The notes: generated by a model from the sequence alone, not told the origin. 64,000 bases of DNA from Opitutia bacterium (GCA_050506795.1 JBJHCF010000001.1:32001-96000), one strand, 5' to 3'; counted from the first letter of the stretch, positions 40,210 through 49,935 are shown. A program made the numbers and translations.

Positions 40210-40733
40210 TCTTTCTTTCTTGCTTCACGGGCTTCTTTCGACTCGTAGAGGGGATGATCCGGCGTGAGGGTGATGAGGAATTGGTGCCGCAGGTTGTCGG
40301 CGGCCGAGCGCGCCTGGCGTAGTTTTCTTTCCTGGCTTGTCAGGTGGCGTTTGCCCTGTACCGGGCCGCTTTCAATTTGAGCCGCCCAGGCGGCGAGTTG
40401 ACGAACGCAGGAATCCGCGGTGTCGTGGATTGTTTTCAGTCGGTCCTTCGCGGGAAGCAAGCCATGCCGGTCTTTTACCACCAGAACCATGGACCTGACT
40501 TCTCCAGCGGATCCACGCGCGTACCCAAGGAAGGTGAGAAGTTCGTTCGTGGTCACCCGGTCGAACCCTTCAGCGATATTGTTGGAAACCGAAAGCGCGG
40601 CCCGGTCGAGCTGCCCGCGAAAGCCCGTTGTGAAGAGTCGGCTGTGAGCTTCAAAAAGGTCGAGCACTTGATTGTAGAGTCGAGAGCCCGTTTTCCAGGC
40701 GGGCAGTTCGTGAAAATGGCGATATCGGGGCAT
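40191..40733 (-). CDS. Four helix bundle protein (23S rRNA IVP family) with basic C-terminal extension
   Basis: F.ELPAWK, QLDRAALSVSNNIAEGF.R, FLGYARGSAGE motifs; 180 aa. Confidence 0.9.
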   Translation of the reverse strand: MPRYRHFHELPAWKTGSRLYNQVLDLFEAHSRLFTTGFRGQLDRAALSVSNNIAEGFDRVTTNELLTFLGYARGSAGEVRSMVLVVKDRHGLLPAKDRLKTIHDTADSCVRQLAAWAAQIESGPVQGKRHLTSQERKLRQARSAADNLRHQFLITLTPDHPLYESKEAREARKKEIGDRR

Positions 40734-40802
40734 TAAATCGGGGGTTCGGGATTGATTTCTCCTGGCGGGTTGCTTTTGAAACGAGTCGGGATACGATGGA
40801 AC

Positions 40803-41768
40803 ATGCACATTTTCGGGAAAGTCGCGAGGGGATTTGTCCTGAGTCTGCTGTTGACCGGGGTGATATTGGCTTTTACGGGGTGTTCTGAGGCTGCCATGAG
40901 CGAACAAAAAGACGACGACGGATTCAATCAACTGACGCCCGAGGAAGAATACGTGATTCTTCGCAAGGGCACCGAACGGCCTGGCACGGGCCGCTGGCTC
41001 GACCATGAGGAAAAGGGCACTTACGTCTGTCGGCGCTGTGACGCGCCCCTTTACGAATCGAGCTCCAAGTTTGATTCCGGATGCGGCTGGCCGAGTTTCG
41101 ACGACGAAATCGCGGGTGCGGTGGAACGGCTTCCGGATCCGGACGGACGGCGAACCGAGATCGTTTGTGCCAATTGCGGAGGGCATCTGGGTCACGTTTT
41201 CCTGGGCGAGGGATTTACCGAAAAGGACACCCGGCATTGTGTGAATTCGATCTCCATGGATTTTGTGCCCGCCGGACAATTGGTGCGGAAACAGACGGCG
41301 ATCTTTGCCTCCGGCTGTTTCTGGGGGACGGAGTACTTTCTGCAGCGCAGCGAGGGCGTCCTTTCCACCGAATCGGGCTATATCGGCGGTACCACTCCGA
41401 ATCCCACCTACAAACAGGTTTGCACCGGAGAAACCGGACACGCGGAAGCGGTACGGGTGGTTTTTGACGCCGACAAAACCGATTACCGCACCCTGGCCAA
41501 ACTCTTTTTCGAGACCCACGACCCGACCCAGGTCAACCGTCAGGGGCCGGATATCGGGACTCAATACCGATCCGGCATTTTTTATCTGGATGAAGATCAG
41601 AAGGCGATCGCCGAGGAACTCATAGCCGTTTTGCGCGCCAAGGGAATCGACGTGGCGACGGAGGTCACCGCGGCCTCCACCTTCTGGGTGGCTGAGGACT
41701 ACCACCAGGATTACTACACCAAAACCGGCGGCACCCCATACTGTCACGCCTACCGTCCGCTCTTCTAG
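40803..41768 (+). CDS. msrB-msrA: Bifunctional methionine sulfoxide reductase MsrB-MsrA, probable lipoprotein
   Basis: Lipobox FTGC; GCGWPSF, HLGHVF, RHCVNS (MsrB); SGCFWG, GHAE, AEDYHQ (MsrA). Confidence 0.95.
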   Translation: MHIFGKVARGFVLSLLLTGVILAFTGCSEAAMSEQKDDDGFNQLTPEEEYVILRKGTERPGTGRWLDHEEKGTYVCRRCDAPLYESSSKFDSGCGWPSFDDEIAGAVERLPDPDGRRTEIVCANCGGHLGHVFLGEGFTEKDTRHCVNSISMDFVPAGQLVRKQTAIFASGCFWGTEYFLQRSEGVLSTESGYIGGTTPNPTYKQVCTGETGHAEAVRVVFDADKTDYRTLAKLFFETHDPTQVNRQGPDIGTQYRSGIFYLDEDQKAIAEELIAVLRAKGIDVATEVTAASTFWVAEDYHQDYYTKTGGTPYCHAYRPLF

Positions 41769-41828
41769 AATCCCAAAACCTCGAAAGTTGTTGTAGTTAA
41801 GTCAAGTTTTTCAAATGGATGCGAAAAA

Positions 41829-41882
41829 AAGTAGCTCACGCTTCCAGCGTGAAATTCGCACGCAAGATACGTGCACTACTTT
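41829..41882. repeat. GTAG-type REP doublet (REPIN-like)
   Basis: AAGTAG...CTACTT ends enclosing hairpins TCACGC/GCGTGA and GCACG/CGTGC. Confidence 0.6.
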
Positions 41883-41910
41883 GGGTCTGAGGCTACGCCT
41901 CGCTAGTCTG

Positions 41911-43170
41911 TTATTCTAATTCGCGCACGTACAGATTGGCGAATTCAAATGCGCCGGGCACGTCGGCCAAACCGAATGCGCCATGATCGGCGGTTCCCTC
42001 GGGCAGATCAAAGGCATCGATTTCCCTCGCGGGATCGCCACGGAAAACGGTCACCCGGTCCCCGCGAATCCGGATGGTGAATCGGTGCCAACTCCCCGGC
42101 ACGGCATCCAACGAGACCGGTACTCCATCTCCGCTTTCCCCTCGCAGATAGACGATCGGCGCGACGAAATTGTCGGAATCGGAGGCGGCGGCCGGACGGC
42201 AATCGACGATGAATTCGGCGTCGGAAAAACCGTCGGTCGTCCACAAAGTCCGTCCCTCGTCCGCGCCTTCGTTCAACCTGAGGCGCCAGTCATCGACCTG
42301 CCACCGTCCCGCGGATTGGCGCAGGGCGGCACCGGCGGCCTCATCCTCTCCCGCAGTGCGCCAGCCCCGCAGATCGGTTCCGGTATAGAGAGTGCGGTGT
42401 CCTTGTGCTTTAGGGGCTGTTTTTTCTGGGGGAGCACCGCTTCCCGGCAATTCCAGGAGCCGCAAATTTCGAAAATCGATCGGCGCTCCCTCCGCCTCCA
42501 GGGCGATATAGCCCTTTCGGTAGTTGGCGTCCGTTCCGCCCGAAACCTCCTTGCCGTTCACGTGCAGGCGTATGACTCCATCAATGCACTCGATCCGGTA
42601 ATGGTTCCATTCCGGAAAGCCCCTGCTTCGCTCTTCCGACGGAAAACTCCTCATACCGTGGCTCGGCGGGAAGGGAGTCATCGTCGAGCCATGGATCGGA
42701 AACACATCGCCATGGGTGGTAAACCAGTCGGCCTCTCCGTAACCGTGATCGAGTACCTGCGCTTCGATCGAGCGCAGGAAGGGAACGCCGGGAGCCGCCA
42801 GTGGTGAAGCCCATAGGAAAATCCCGGAGTTGCCGCCATCGGTGAGGTGCCGCCATTCAAGCTCAAGAATGAAGTTCTCGTACTGCCGCTCCGTCCGCAA
42901 GGCACTGATTGGTTTTCCGGTGCAATGGAGCATGCCATCCCGCACACTCCAAGTCTCGGGAGCCGAGTTCACATTCACCCACCCCTCCAGGTCCTCCCCG
43001 TTGAACAAGTCCACCCATGCCTCGTCGTCGGAGCCCGAACCGGGTGCATCGAAACTGTCCGCGCGAATCGCACCAGCTTGAAACAGAACGGCGCCGGCAA
43101 GAAGCGTCACTCCGGCGAACCAGGTCCCGGGTCCATAATAAAAATGGTTTGTATCGAGGTTGTTTTTCAT
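41911..43170 (-). CDS. DUF1080 (3-keto-disaccharide hydrolase-like) protein, two domains, secreted
   Basis: LFNGEDLEGW, FILELEWR, NSGIF, WNHYRI, IDFRNL; degenerate second copy. Confidence 0.88.
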   Translation of the reverse strand: MKNNLDTNHFYYGPGTWFAGVTLLAGAVLFQAGAIRADSFDAPGSGSDDEAWVDLFNGEDLEGWVNVNSAPETWSVRDGMLHCTGKPISALRTERQYENFILELEWRHLTDGGNSGIFLWASPLAAPGVPFLRSIEAQVLDHGYGEADWFTTHGDVFPIHGSTMTPFPPSHGMRSFPSEERSRGFPEWNHYRIECIDGVIRLHVNGKEVSGGTDANYRKGYIALEAEGAPIDFRNLRLLELPGSGAPPEKTAPKAQGHRTLYTGTDLRGWRTAGEDEAAGAALRQSAGRWQVDDWRLRLNEGADEGRTLWTTDGFSDAEFIVDCRPAAASDSDNFVAPIVYLRGESGDGVPVSLDAVPGSWHRFTIRIRGDRVTVFRGDPAREIDAFDLPEGTADHGAFGLADVPGAFEFANLYVRELE

Positions 43171-43354
43171 GTCGGCAGTGGTTGAGCGTTTGGATCCAAG
43201 GTGTGTGGCTGAGCGAATTGTACTGTGTTCTGGCTTTTTTCAAAATCAAAAAGTACGCTTAAGGTTCCAAGCTTTTGGTGAGGCCTCCGTGAACAACAGT
43301 GAGGATCGGTGAAATTGTGTTGCCAATTGCGTCCAATGCGTGGGGAATTCCATC

Positions 43355-44647
43355 ATGCGTTATGATGCCATCGATCGGGAGTTGTTCGTGCGGAACCGGA
43401 ATCGCCTGGCCGCTTTGATGCGGCCGGGTACCCTGGCGGTGCTTCATGCAAACGACATTTTGCCGACCAATGCCGACGGGACTCTGCCGTTCAAGCAGAA
43501 CGCCGATTTGCTCTACCTCACCGGCGTCGACCAGGAGGAGACGATCCTGCTGGTCTTTCCCGACGCGCGGGAACCGGCGGACCGGGAGATTTTGTTTGTT
43601 AAGCGAACCAGCGAACTGATCGCCATCTGGGACGGGGAAAAGCTGAGCAAGGAACGGGCCACGGAGGTTTCCGGTGTGGCCAGGGTCGAGTGGACCGACG
43701 CTTTTGAGGGCATTTTTCAACGGTTGGCTTCGGAGGCGGAGGGATTCTACCTCTCGACCAACGAACACCCGCGGGCGTCCAACCCGGTGGAAACCCGGAA
43801 TGACCGTTTTATTAAATCCTGCCGCGAGCGTTACCCGCTCCATCGACTGGAACGGCTGTCGGTTCTCACCCGGCGTCTTCGGGTGCAGAAGGATCCGGTG
43901 GAAGTGGATATGATCCGCAGGGCCTGTGAGATCACCGAGGCCGGATTCCGGCGTGTGCTCGGTTTTATTCGTCCGGAGGTGGCCGAATGGGAAATCGAAG
44001 CCGAATACCTGCACGAGTTTGTGCGTCGGCGTTCGCGGGGGTTTGCCTACTCTCCCATTATCGGCTCGGGCGGCAACGCCTGTGTTCTGCATTACCTGGA
44101 GAACCATTCCGTTTGCCGTGACGGCGAGTTGGTGCTGATGGATGTCGGTGCGGAGTGGGCGGGTTGGAACAGCGATCTGACCCGTACCGTACCGGTAAAC
44201 GGCCGTTTTACCGAGCGTCAAAGGGCGGTCTACGACGCCGTCCTTAGGGTGTATCATGGCGCCAATAGCCTCCTGAGGCCCGGCTGCACGCCGGTCGAGT
44301 ATCAGCGTCAGGTGGTCGAGCTGATGGAGGCTGAGTTGATCGGACTGGGTTTGATTGGTGTGGATGAAGCCAGGGCGCAGTCCAAGGAAAAAGAGGCGGT
44401 CAAAAAGTATTTCATGCACGGAACGTCGCACTCCATCGGTATCGACGTGCACGATGTCTGCCCGCCGCACGAACCCTTTGCCCCCGGGATGGTGTTCACG
44501 ATCGAGCCGGGCATTTACATCCGGGAGGAAAAACTTGGTATCCGCTTGGAAAATACCGTGCTGATAGGTGACACCGAAAACATCAATCTGATGGCTTCGA
44601 TTCCGATCGAAGCCGACGAGATTGAAGATCTGATGAACCGGAAATAA
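43355..44647 (+). CDS. pepP: Xaa-Pro aminopeptidase (M24B)
   Basis: LHY, DVG...SDLTRT, HGTSHSIG.DVHD, TIEPGIY, GIRLEN. Confidence 0.92.
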   Translation: MRYDAIDRELFVRNRNRLAALMRPGTLAVLHANDILPTNADGTLPFKQNADLLYLTGVDQEETILLVFPDAREPADREILFVKRTSELIAIWDGEKLSKERATEVSGVARVEWTDAFEGIFQRLASEAEGFYLSTNEHPRASNPVETRNDRFIKSCRERYPLHRLERLSVLTRRLRVQKDPVEVDMIRRACEITEAGFRRVLGFIRPEVAEWEIEAEYLHEFVRRRSRGFAYSPIIGSGGNACVLHYLENHSVCRDGELVLMDVGAEWAGWNSDLTRTVPVNGRFTERQRAVYDAVLRVYHGANSLLRPGCTPVEYQRQVVELMEAELIGLGLIGVDEARAQSKEKEAVKKYFMHGTSHSIGIDVHDVCPPHEPFAPGMVFTIEPGIYIREEKLGIRLENTVLIGDTENINLMASIPIEADEIEDLMNRK

Positions 44648-44744
44648 CCCGAACCGTGGCGGCGTGCTTCAGCCGCCGGGGTTTTCCGATTCCGTTTAGG
44701 CGCTTTTAAGCAATCGCGCGCTCAACCCGAATCTACCGATCGGG

Positions 44745-47168
44745 TCATTCCAGGTGCCGGTTCAGCCAATCGATGGTTTCCGCAAGCACATGATTGACGG
44801 ATTCCCGCGCCACGTACCCGTGGCTTTCGTGGGGCAGCATGACCAGTCGAGCGGTGCCGCCGTTTCCGACGATCGCCTGATACATGCGTTCGCTCTGCAT
44901 CGGGAAGGTTCCGGAGTTGTTGTCCTCCTGACCGTGTATCAGCAGTATCGGCGCCCGGATTTGGTTGGCGTGGAAAAAGGGACTCATCTCCAGGTAGGTC
45001 TCCCGGGCTTCCCACAGGGATCGCGGTTCGGCCTGGAAACCGAAGGGGGTGAGCGACCGGTTGTAGGCGCCCGAGCGGGCCACGCCGGCCCGGAACAGGT
45101 CGGAGTGGGCCAGGAGGTTGGCGGCCATGAAGGCGCCGTAGGAGTGGCCCGCGATGGCGATGCGGCTCCGCTCCGCCACACCGAGTTCGACAATTTTGTC
45201 CACCGCCGCCTCGGCGCTGGCAACCAGTTGTTCGATGTAGGTGTCGTTGGGCTCGTCGTCGCCAACCCCGATTATCGGCATGGCCGGACCGCTCAGCACC
45301 GCATAGCCCTGGGTCAAGAGGAACAGGGGCGAGGTGCCCCCAGGGCGGCTAAAGCGGTTGGGGGAGTCGCGGACCTGGGCGGCGGCATCGGCGTCGCGGA
45401 ATTCCCGCGGGTAGGCCCAGAGCACGGTGGGCAGCGGACCGTCATTCTCGGCGTCGTAGCCGGGTGGAGTGAGCAGCGTTGCGCTCAGCAGGATGCCGTC
45501 CGCACGCATGTAAGTAATGATCTGGCTCTGCAGACCCGCCAATTGCGGAGCGGGATCCGAAAAATCGGTCAGCGCCCGTTCACCGTAATCGTATCCCTGT
45601 TCGATCAAAAAGAAGTTGGGCGGCATTTCCCGGGATTCCCTTCTCGTGATCAGACGGGCGGCGTCAGGGTCCGCCAGACTCACCACTTCCTCATAATACG
45701 GATCGACCGCCTGCCAGAGCCTTTCGGTGTTCCCGGTGTCGAAGTCGTACCGGTCCAGAAACGGATAATCGCCCAACGGAGAGGCCCCTTCGCCCCGCAA
45801 AAAAATGGCCCCGCCGCCGGAATCGAATTGCAGCACGGTTTGTCCCGCGCGGTCGGATCGGGTCAGCGGAGATCCGGGATCGCCGTAACGGTCTTCAAAG
45901 GAACGGTCCCAGAGAAGCCGTGGCTCCGCATCGGAGTTTTCCGGTTGAATACGGTAGGTTTTGGTGCGACTGGAGGTTCGCCAGATGGTGTGCACCAGCG
46001 CCAGGTCGTCCCGTCCCCAGTCGATGGTCCGGTAACGCTGATCGAGATCGATCAGCACGCGAGGTTCGCCGTCGAAAGGGGCTTCAAGCAGGAAAACCCT
46101 GTCGCGGACCTCCGCTTCGCTCCGCGCGTCGCCCCCGTCCATGGCTTCCGCCCACACCAGGGAGGCGGGGGAGTCGGCTCGCCAGTGGGCGAAACGAGGC
46201 CCGGTGTTGACCATGTCGCGGCCGATCGGAGGAAGCGCGATTTCGGTGCGGTCTTCGAGGACGTGGACCGTGCGGCCCGTTCGATCGATGACCCGGGTCT
46301 CCGTCGCGAAGGTGAAAAACGGCGCCAGACGGGTGAACGGAGGTTTTATCTGCCGAATTAAAATGTATTCGCCGTTCGGTGACACCTGGGTGTCGCGGAA
46401 AATTCCCGGTGCCGCGATGGGTCGAATCTCGTTCTCGTCGAGCCGGACTGTGGCGAGCTGCGAGGTGAAATAGTGTTCGAAAAGCAGTTCATCGTGAGCG
46501 TCCTGCAAGAGATCCTGGTAGGTGCGGACGGGACCCGTGGCTTGAGCGCCGTCGAATATCACCGGGCCGGCGGGGGCGCTGGGTGGTTCGGGCGGCGAAA
46601 CGCGCTCGGACGGGACCTGATGAATAAGGAGCGAGGCTCCATCGGGCATCCAGGCGAACGGAACGCCGAAGGCGGCATTGAGGCGCGGACCGGTGAGCTG
46701 GATGGCCTCGGCGGTTGCGGTGTCGGCGTACCAGAGCTCGATGCCATCGGGCCTGGTCAGGGTGAAGGCGAGGCGGGATCCGTCCGGCGACCAGCGGGGG
46801 TAGGAAAGGAGGGCCTCCTCGGGCAAGGTCACGGTCCGTGAATCGCCGCCGTCCAGGTCATTGAAGGCAAGCCCCAGGAAGAAAAGGCCGCGGCTGGGAC
46901 CGTTGGTGTTGGGATTGATACGCACCCCCGCCAGCCGCAGTTCCGGCTCGGCGAGACGTCCGATCGGCGGCAGCGCCTCCCGTTCCAGCACGGCGAACAC
47001 GGACCGGTCCGGGCTGAATGATACCGCCGGCGTCGGCGGCGTATCCAGGATGGCCGGAATCGGGTCCGGCGGCGTCCGGTAGGTTTCAGAGTTCCCGTAC
47101 AGTGCCGAAGCCGGCAGGAGCAATGCGATGGTAATGAGCCTACGGAATGCGGATTTAGTGACAAGCAT
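44745..47168 (-). CDS. S9 family serine peptidase (S9D glutamyl endopeptidase-like), secreted
   Basis: Signal peptide, GHSYGAF, ARSGAYNR.LTPFGFQ.E, DNNSGT, ESHGY. Confidence 0.9.
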   Translation of the reverse strand: MLVTKSAFRRLITIALLLPASALYGNSETYRTPPDPIPAILDTPPTPAVSFSPDRSVFAVLEREALPPIGRLAEPELRLAGVRINPNTNGPSRGLFFLGLAFNDLDGGDSRTVTLPEEALLSYPRWSPDGSRLAFTLTRPDGIELWYADTATAEAIQLTGPRLNAAFGVPFAWMPDGASLLIHQVPSERVSPPEPPSAPAGPVIFDGAQATGPVRTYQDLLQDAHDELLFEHYFTSQLATVRLDENEIRPIAAPGIFRDTQVSPNGEYILIRQIKPPFTRLAPFFTFATETRVIDRTGRTVHVLEDRTEIALPPIGRDMVNTGPRFAHWRADSPASLVWAEAMDGGDARSEAEVRDRVFLLEAPFDGEPRVLIDLDQRYRTIDWGRDDLALVHTIWRTSSRTKTYRIQPENSDAEPRLLWDRSFEDRYGDPGSPLTRSDRAGQTVLQFDSGGGAIFLRGEGASPLGDYPFLDRYDFDTGNTERLWQAVDPYYEEVVSLADPDAARLITRRESREMPPNFFLIEQGYDYGERALTDFSDPAPQLAGLQSQIITYMRADGILLSATLLTPPGYDAENDGPLPTVLWAYPREFRDADAAAQVRDSPNRFSRPGGTSPLFLLTQGYAVLSGPAMPIIGVGDDEPNDTYIEQLVASAEAAVDKIVELGVAERSRIAIAGHSYGAFMAANLLAHSDLFRAGVARSGAYNRSLTPFGFQAEPRSLWEARETYLEMSPFFHANQIRAPILLIHGQEDNNSGTFPMQSERMYQAIVGNGGTARLVMLPHESHGYVARESVNHVLAETIDWLNRHLE

Positions 47169-47353
47169 GGGGGATTAAGGCTGCTGGTTGTTATTGGTCG
47201 GTTGGTGGATTCGTAACCCAGGATGAGTAATCACGAAGGCCACCGCAAAGGCAAAGAAGCGCGGATTGGAGGAAAGTCAATGAATCCTGCCTCGTCTGAA
47301 TGGCACTCATATAAGGCGTTTCATCGTTTGATGAAGCAAAAAATACCGCGGAA

Positions 47354-47430
47354 TTGGGCTCACACGGAGCCACGGAGCTCACGGAGGTGGGTCCTGTAAA
47401 AATCTCCGTGACTTTGTGGCTCCGAGTGAG
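47354..47430. repeat. Palindromic intergenic repeat, copy 2
   Basis: Identical to 25428 onward for about 65 nt, then diverges at the right end. Confidence 0.9.
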
Positions 47431-47634
47431 AATCTTCACAGTTCAGCAATGCTTTAAAACCGGGCGCGGTTTTGGGTGAACTCGCCAAAGCAGGACTACG
47501 CTGCTTCGATTAACGGCCTTAATCAAGTGCCATCCTGCCTAGTCTCCCGGCGGTCCTGTGGCGACCCGGCCGAAGTATGCCCTCCAGCGGCATCCAGCGG
47601 CACGAAATCAGGAACGGGCGCAGCCGATAGCCGT

Positions 47635-48054
47635 TCACCGAAACCAGTTTTGGATTTTCTGCAGCAGGCGGCCGGAAGGGTCCTGGATGGTGTTGAGTTT
47701 CAGTTCCGCGCGTCCCGGGGCGATGGTGAGTTCCCGGCGCGCGGAATGGCGGCCCGGTTTCAGATTGGCTTCGAGTGCCCAGTGAATGGACAGGTTATCC
47801 GCCTGCAGGGAATACGGCGCCCTCGGCAGACGAATTTCAAAGTGGCGTTCGCCTTGCGCTGGAAGCGACTCCCATTGCAGGGTTTCCACCACCCGGCTGT
47901 CCTGTTCGCCTATTCCGAGGGTGTACCACAGCAGGTGGAGTTCGATTTTGGCCACCGGTTTGGCCAAGTTCCAATTGACCGTGCCCAGCAGATCCTGCCC
48001 CGGTTCGTAGGCGGGGGTGCTTTCGGGGAATTCAATTTGCAGCGGTTCGTTCAT
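47635..48054 (-). CDS. Hypothetical beta-sandwich (arrestin-like) protein
   Basis: 139 aa from MNEPLQIEF; ATGA overlap with the upstream gene. Confidence 0.7.
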   Translation of the reverse strand: MNEPLQIEFPESTPAYEPGQDLLGTVNWNLAKPVAKIELHLLWYTLGIGEQDSRVVETLQWESLPAQGERHFEIRLPRAPYSLQADNLSIHWALEANLKPGRHSARRELTIAPGRAELKLNTIQDPSGRLLQKIQNWFR

Positions 48055-49328
48055 GAGATCGGCCTCGGAGGAACGTACGCGCGGTACTCGTTTTTCAGGT
48101 TGGGCATAAGGGGAATGTCTCCCTGGATATGCAATGTATAACGTATCCGGTTTTTGGAGGCTTCGAATGAATGGGGCAGGGAATCGGGCACCTGGTATTC
48201 CAGGTCCCCGTGCGGAAGCTCCATCCGGTTGTCGCTCTGGAAGAGGGTCTCGCGGAGAAAGGTCTTTCGGTTGGTTACCGTGCTCCGGTTTTTGCCGCTT
48301 CCGGTGGTGTATTCGGCTTCGGTGATGCCCTCCAGAAAGATCTTCAGGTTGCGGAGGCCGGTGCTGCCTCTGGTGAAACGCCAGGAGATTTTTACCGGGT
48401 GTCCCGGGTTCAGGGTGGCCGCGTCGGCCTCCACCTGGATGCGGGGCCCGAAGAAAAAGGAAACGCCGGAATAAACCGCACCCAGAAACACGCCCACTCC
48501 GATCAGGGCAAAAAGCCCAAGGACCAGGCGCGGAACGATATCGCCTCCGGGTTCCAGCGGTCCGCCGACACTCAGGAACAGAAAAATGACCCCGTTCCAC
48601 AGCAGGGCGAAGATCAGGAGCCCGACGAATTTTCCCAGTGGGCTGTGAACCGGCTTGAGGGGGACGGTCCCTCCGGGCGGAGGTTCGGGAGGGAACTCCG
48701 GCAGACCCAACAGCGACGCGTCACGCAGCGCCCGCGGGGCTTCCGAATCGCCCGAACGCACGGAGGCGGAGGTTTGTTTTTTGCGAATGGTCAGCACTCC
48801 TCCGGTCACAACGCCCAACCCGACCAATACAAAAACGAGCGGTAGCAGAGTTAAGATAAACGAGGCTCCCATGCGTCGGTCCAGGACGGCTTCCTCGGGA
48901 TTCCGGGGGTTGACCAACGCGGTGTGGGAGGAACCCGCGGGGTAACGCGCCACGACCTCTCCGGCCCATCCGCGGTTGCTGGACGACACCTCCATGAAGC
49001 GGTAGGAGTCGCTTTCGTACTCGGTTCCATCCCAGGTGTACCGGAATAAGATTCCCGGACGGTAATTGACGCCGTCGGAGGTGCTGCGCCGGACCACCTC
49101 GCTTGAGACGATCACACAGGAGACTTCCTCCCATTGCCTGGAGTCGCTGGACTTCTTCCACACGTCGACGGACATGAACCAGGTGAAGGCCGACCCCGCG
49201 AGAGTGAAAATCAGGCCAAAGAGAATCAGGAACACGCCGGCGCCGCGTCCGCCGCGCCCCGCGTGTTTGGCTTTTGGGGGTTTCGCCGATCTGTGGCGAC
49301 GATTGCCGAAGTTCAGTTTGAGGTTCAT
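48051..49328 (-). CDS. DUF3592 domain membrane protein with C-terminal beta-sandwich
   Basis: TM, W..V.C.IVSS...Y.P...F.Y...G..Y...VNP.NP.EAVL, then further TMs. Confidence 0.8.
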   Translation of the reverse strand: MNLKLNFGNRRHRSAKPPKAKHAGRGGRGAGVFLILFGLIFTLAGSAFTWFMSVDVWKKSSDSRQWEEVSCVIVSSEVVRRSTSDGVNYRPGILFRYTWDGTEYESDSYRFMEVSSSNRGWAGEVVARYPAGSSHTALVNPRNPEEAVLDRRMGASFILTLLPLVFVLVGLGVVTGGVLTIRKKQTSASVRSGDSEAPRALRDASLLGLPEFPPEPPPGGTVPLKPVHSPLGKFVGLLIFALLWNGVIFLFLSVGGPLEPGGDIVPRLVLGLFALIGVGVFLGAVYSGVSFFFGPRIQVEADAATLNPGHPVKISWRFTRGSTGLRNLKIFLEGITEAEYTTGSGKNRSTVTNRKTFLRETLFQSDNRMELPHGDLEYQVPDSLPHSFEASKNRIRYTLHIQGDIPLMPNLKNEYRAYVPPRPIS

Positions 49329-49456
49329 GGGAAATTCGCGGTTGCAAGAGTGAAGGATCCACCCGCGAATAACAAGTGAAGAATCAACATCTCCGCCAGA
49401 CAGTGCCAATTTCATTCTGACACCCTCCGACGCCACGCGAACGCCACCCCCGTTTA

Positions 49457-49511
49457 CCAAAACCAAGAACGACGAACCAAGAACAAAGAACCAAAAACCA
49501 AGAACGAAGAA
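49457..49511. repeat. Degenerate heptamer tandem array (CCAAGAA consensus, 8 units)
   Basis: CCAAAA CCAAGAA CGACGAA CCAAGAA CAAAGAA CCAAAAA CCAAGAA CGAAGAA. Confidence 0.85.
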
Positions 49512-49512
49512 A

Positions 49513-49893
49513 CTACCCCGCCGCCACCCGGGAGGGAACCGGGGCCTTGCGGAAGGTCCAGAGCACCGCGAGGGAGGCCAGGGTGCCGAGGAGCATCAGG
49601 GTGATCAGGGCGGCCGCGAACGCTTTGGGTTCGCCCGCCGCCGTATCCATCCAGCTGACACTTGAACGCCAGATAAACACCAGGGACAGGAAGCCCGTGG
49701 TTACCGCCGCCGCGATTCGTGCCCAGGGAATGCCACTGAGCATCAGCACCCCCCAGCCGAATGACAGCGCGCCGAAGACGCTGCCGGAAATCAGGGCCGT
49801 CTTGGCCGCCTCGGGATTGGAGAGGTAGCCGGTCAGTCCGCACAGAAAAAGAAACAGCCCGTACCCCAGAAACCATTTGCCGCAAAATCGCAT
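49513..49893 (-). CDS. TMEM14-like small membrane protein
   Basis: YG..L...GL.GY....KTALISG..FG pattern; 4 TM helices. Confidence 0.7.
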   Translation of the reverse strand: MRFCGKWFLGYGLFLFLCGLTGYLSNPEAAKTALISGSVFGALSFGWGVLMLSGIPWARIAAAVTTGFLSLVFIWRSSVSWMDTAAGEPKAFAAALITLMLLGTLASLAVLWTFRKAPVPSRVAAG

Positions 49894-49935
49894 GATTCTT
49901 GTATGAACGATGAAACCGGCCGCGGCGCAAGCCGT

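Noticed and set aside
40191..40733. Diversity-generating retroelement (Avd-like gene)
   Set aside because: No reverse transcriptase and no TR/VR pair with adenine-specific differences were seen in the window.
40191..41747. 518-aa ORF as a single fusion protein
   Set aside because: The upstream part is the antisense shadow of msrBA; the family motifs begin at ATG 40733.
47476..47620. tmRNA or cobalamin riboswitch
   Set aside because: There are no tRNA-like termini or ALAA-type tag, and only fragments resembling the B12 box without the core.
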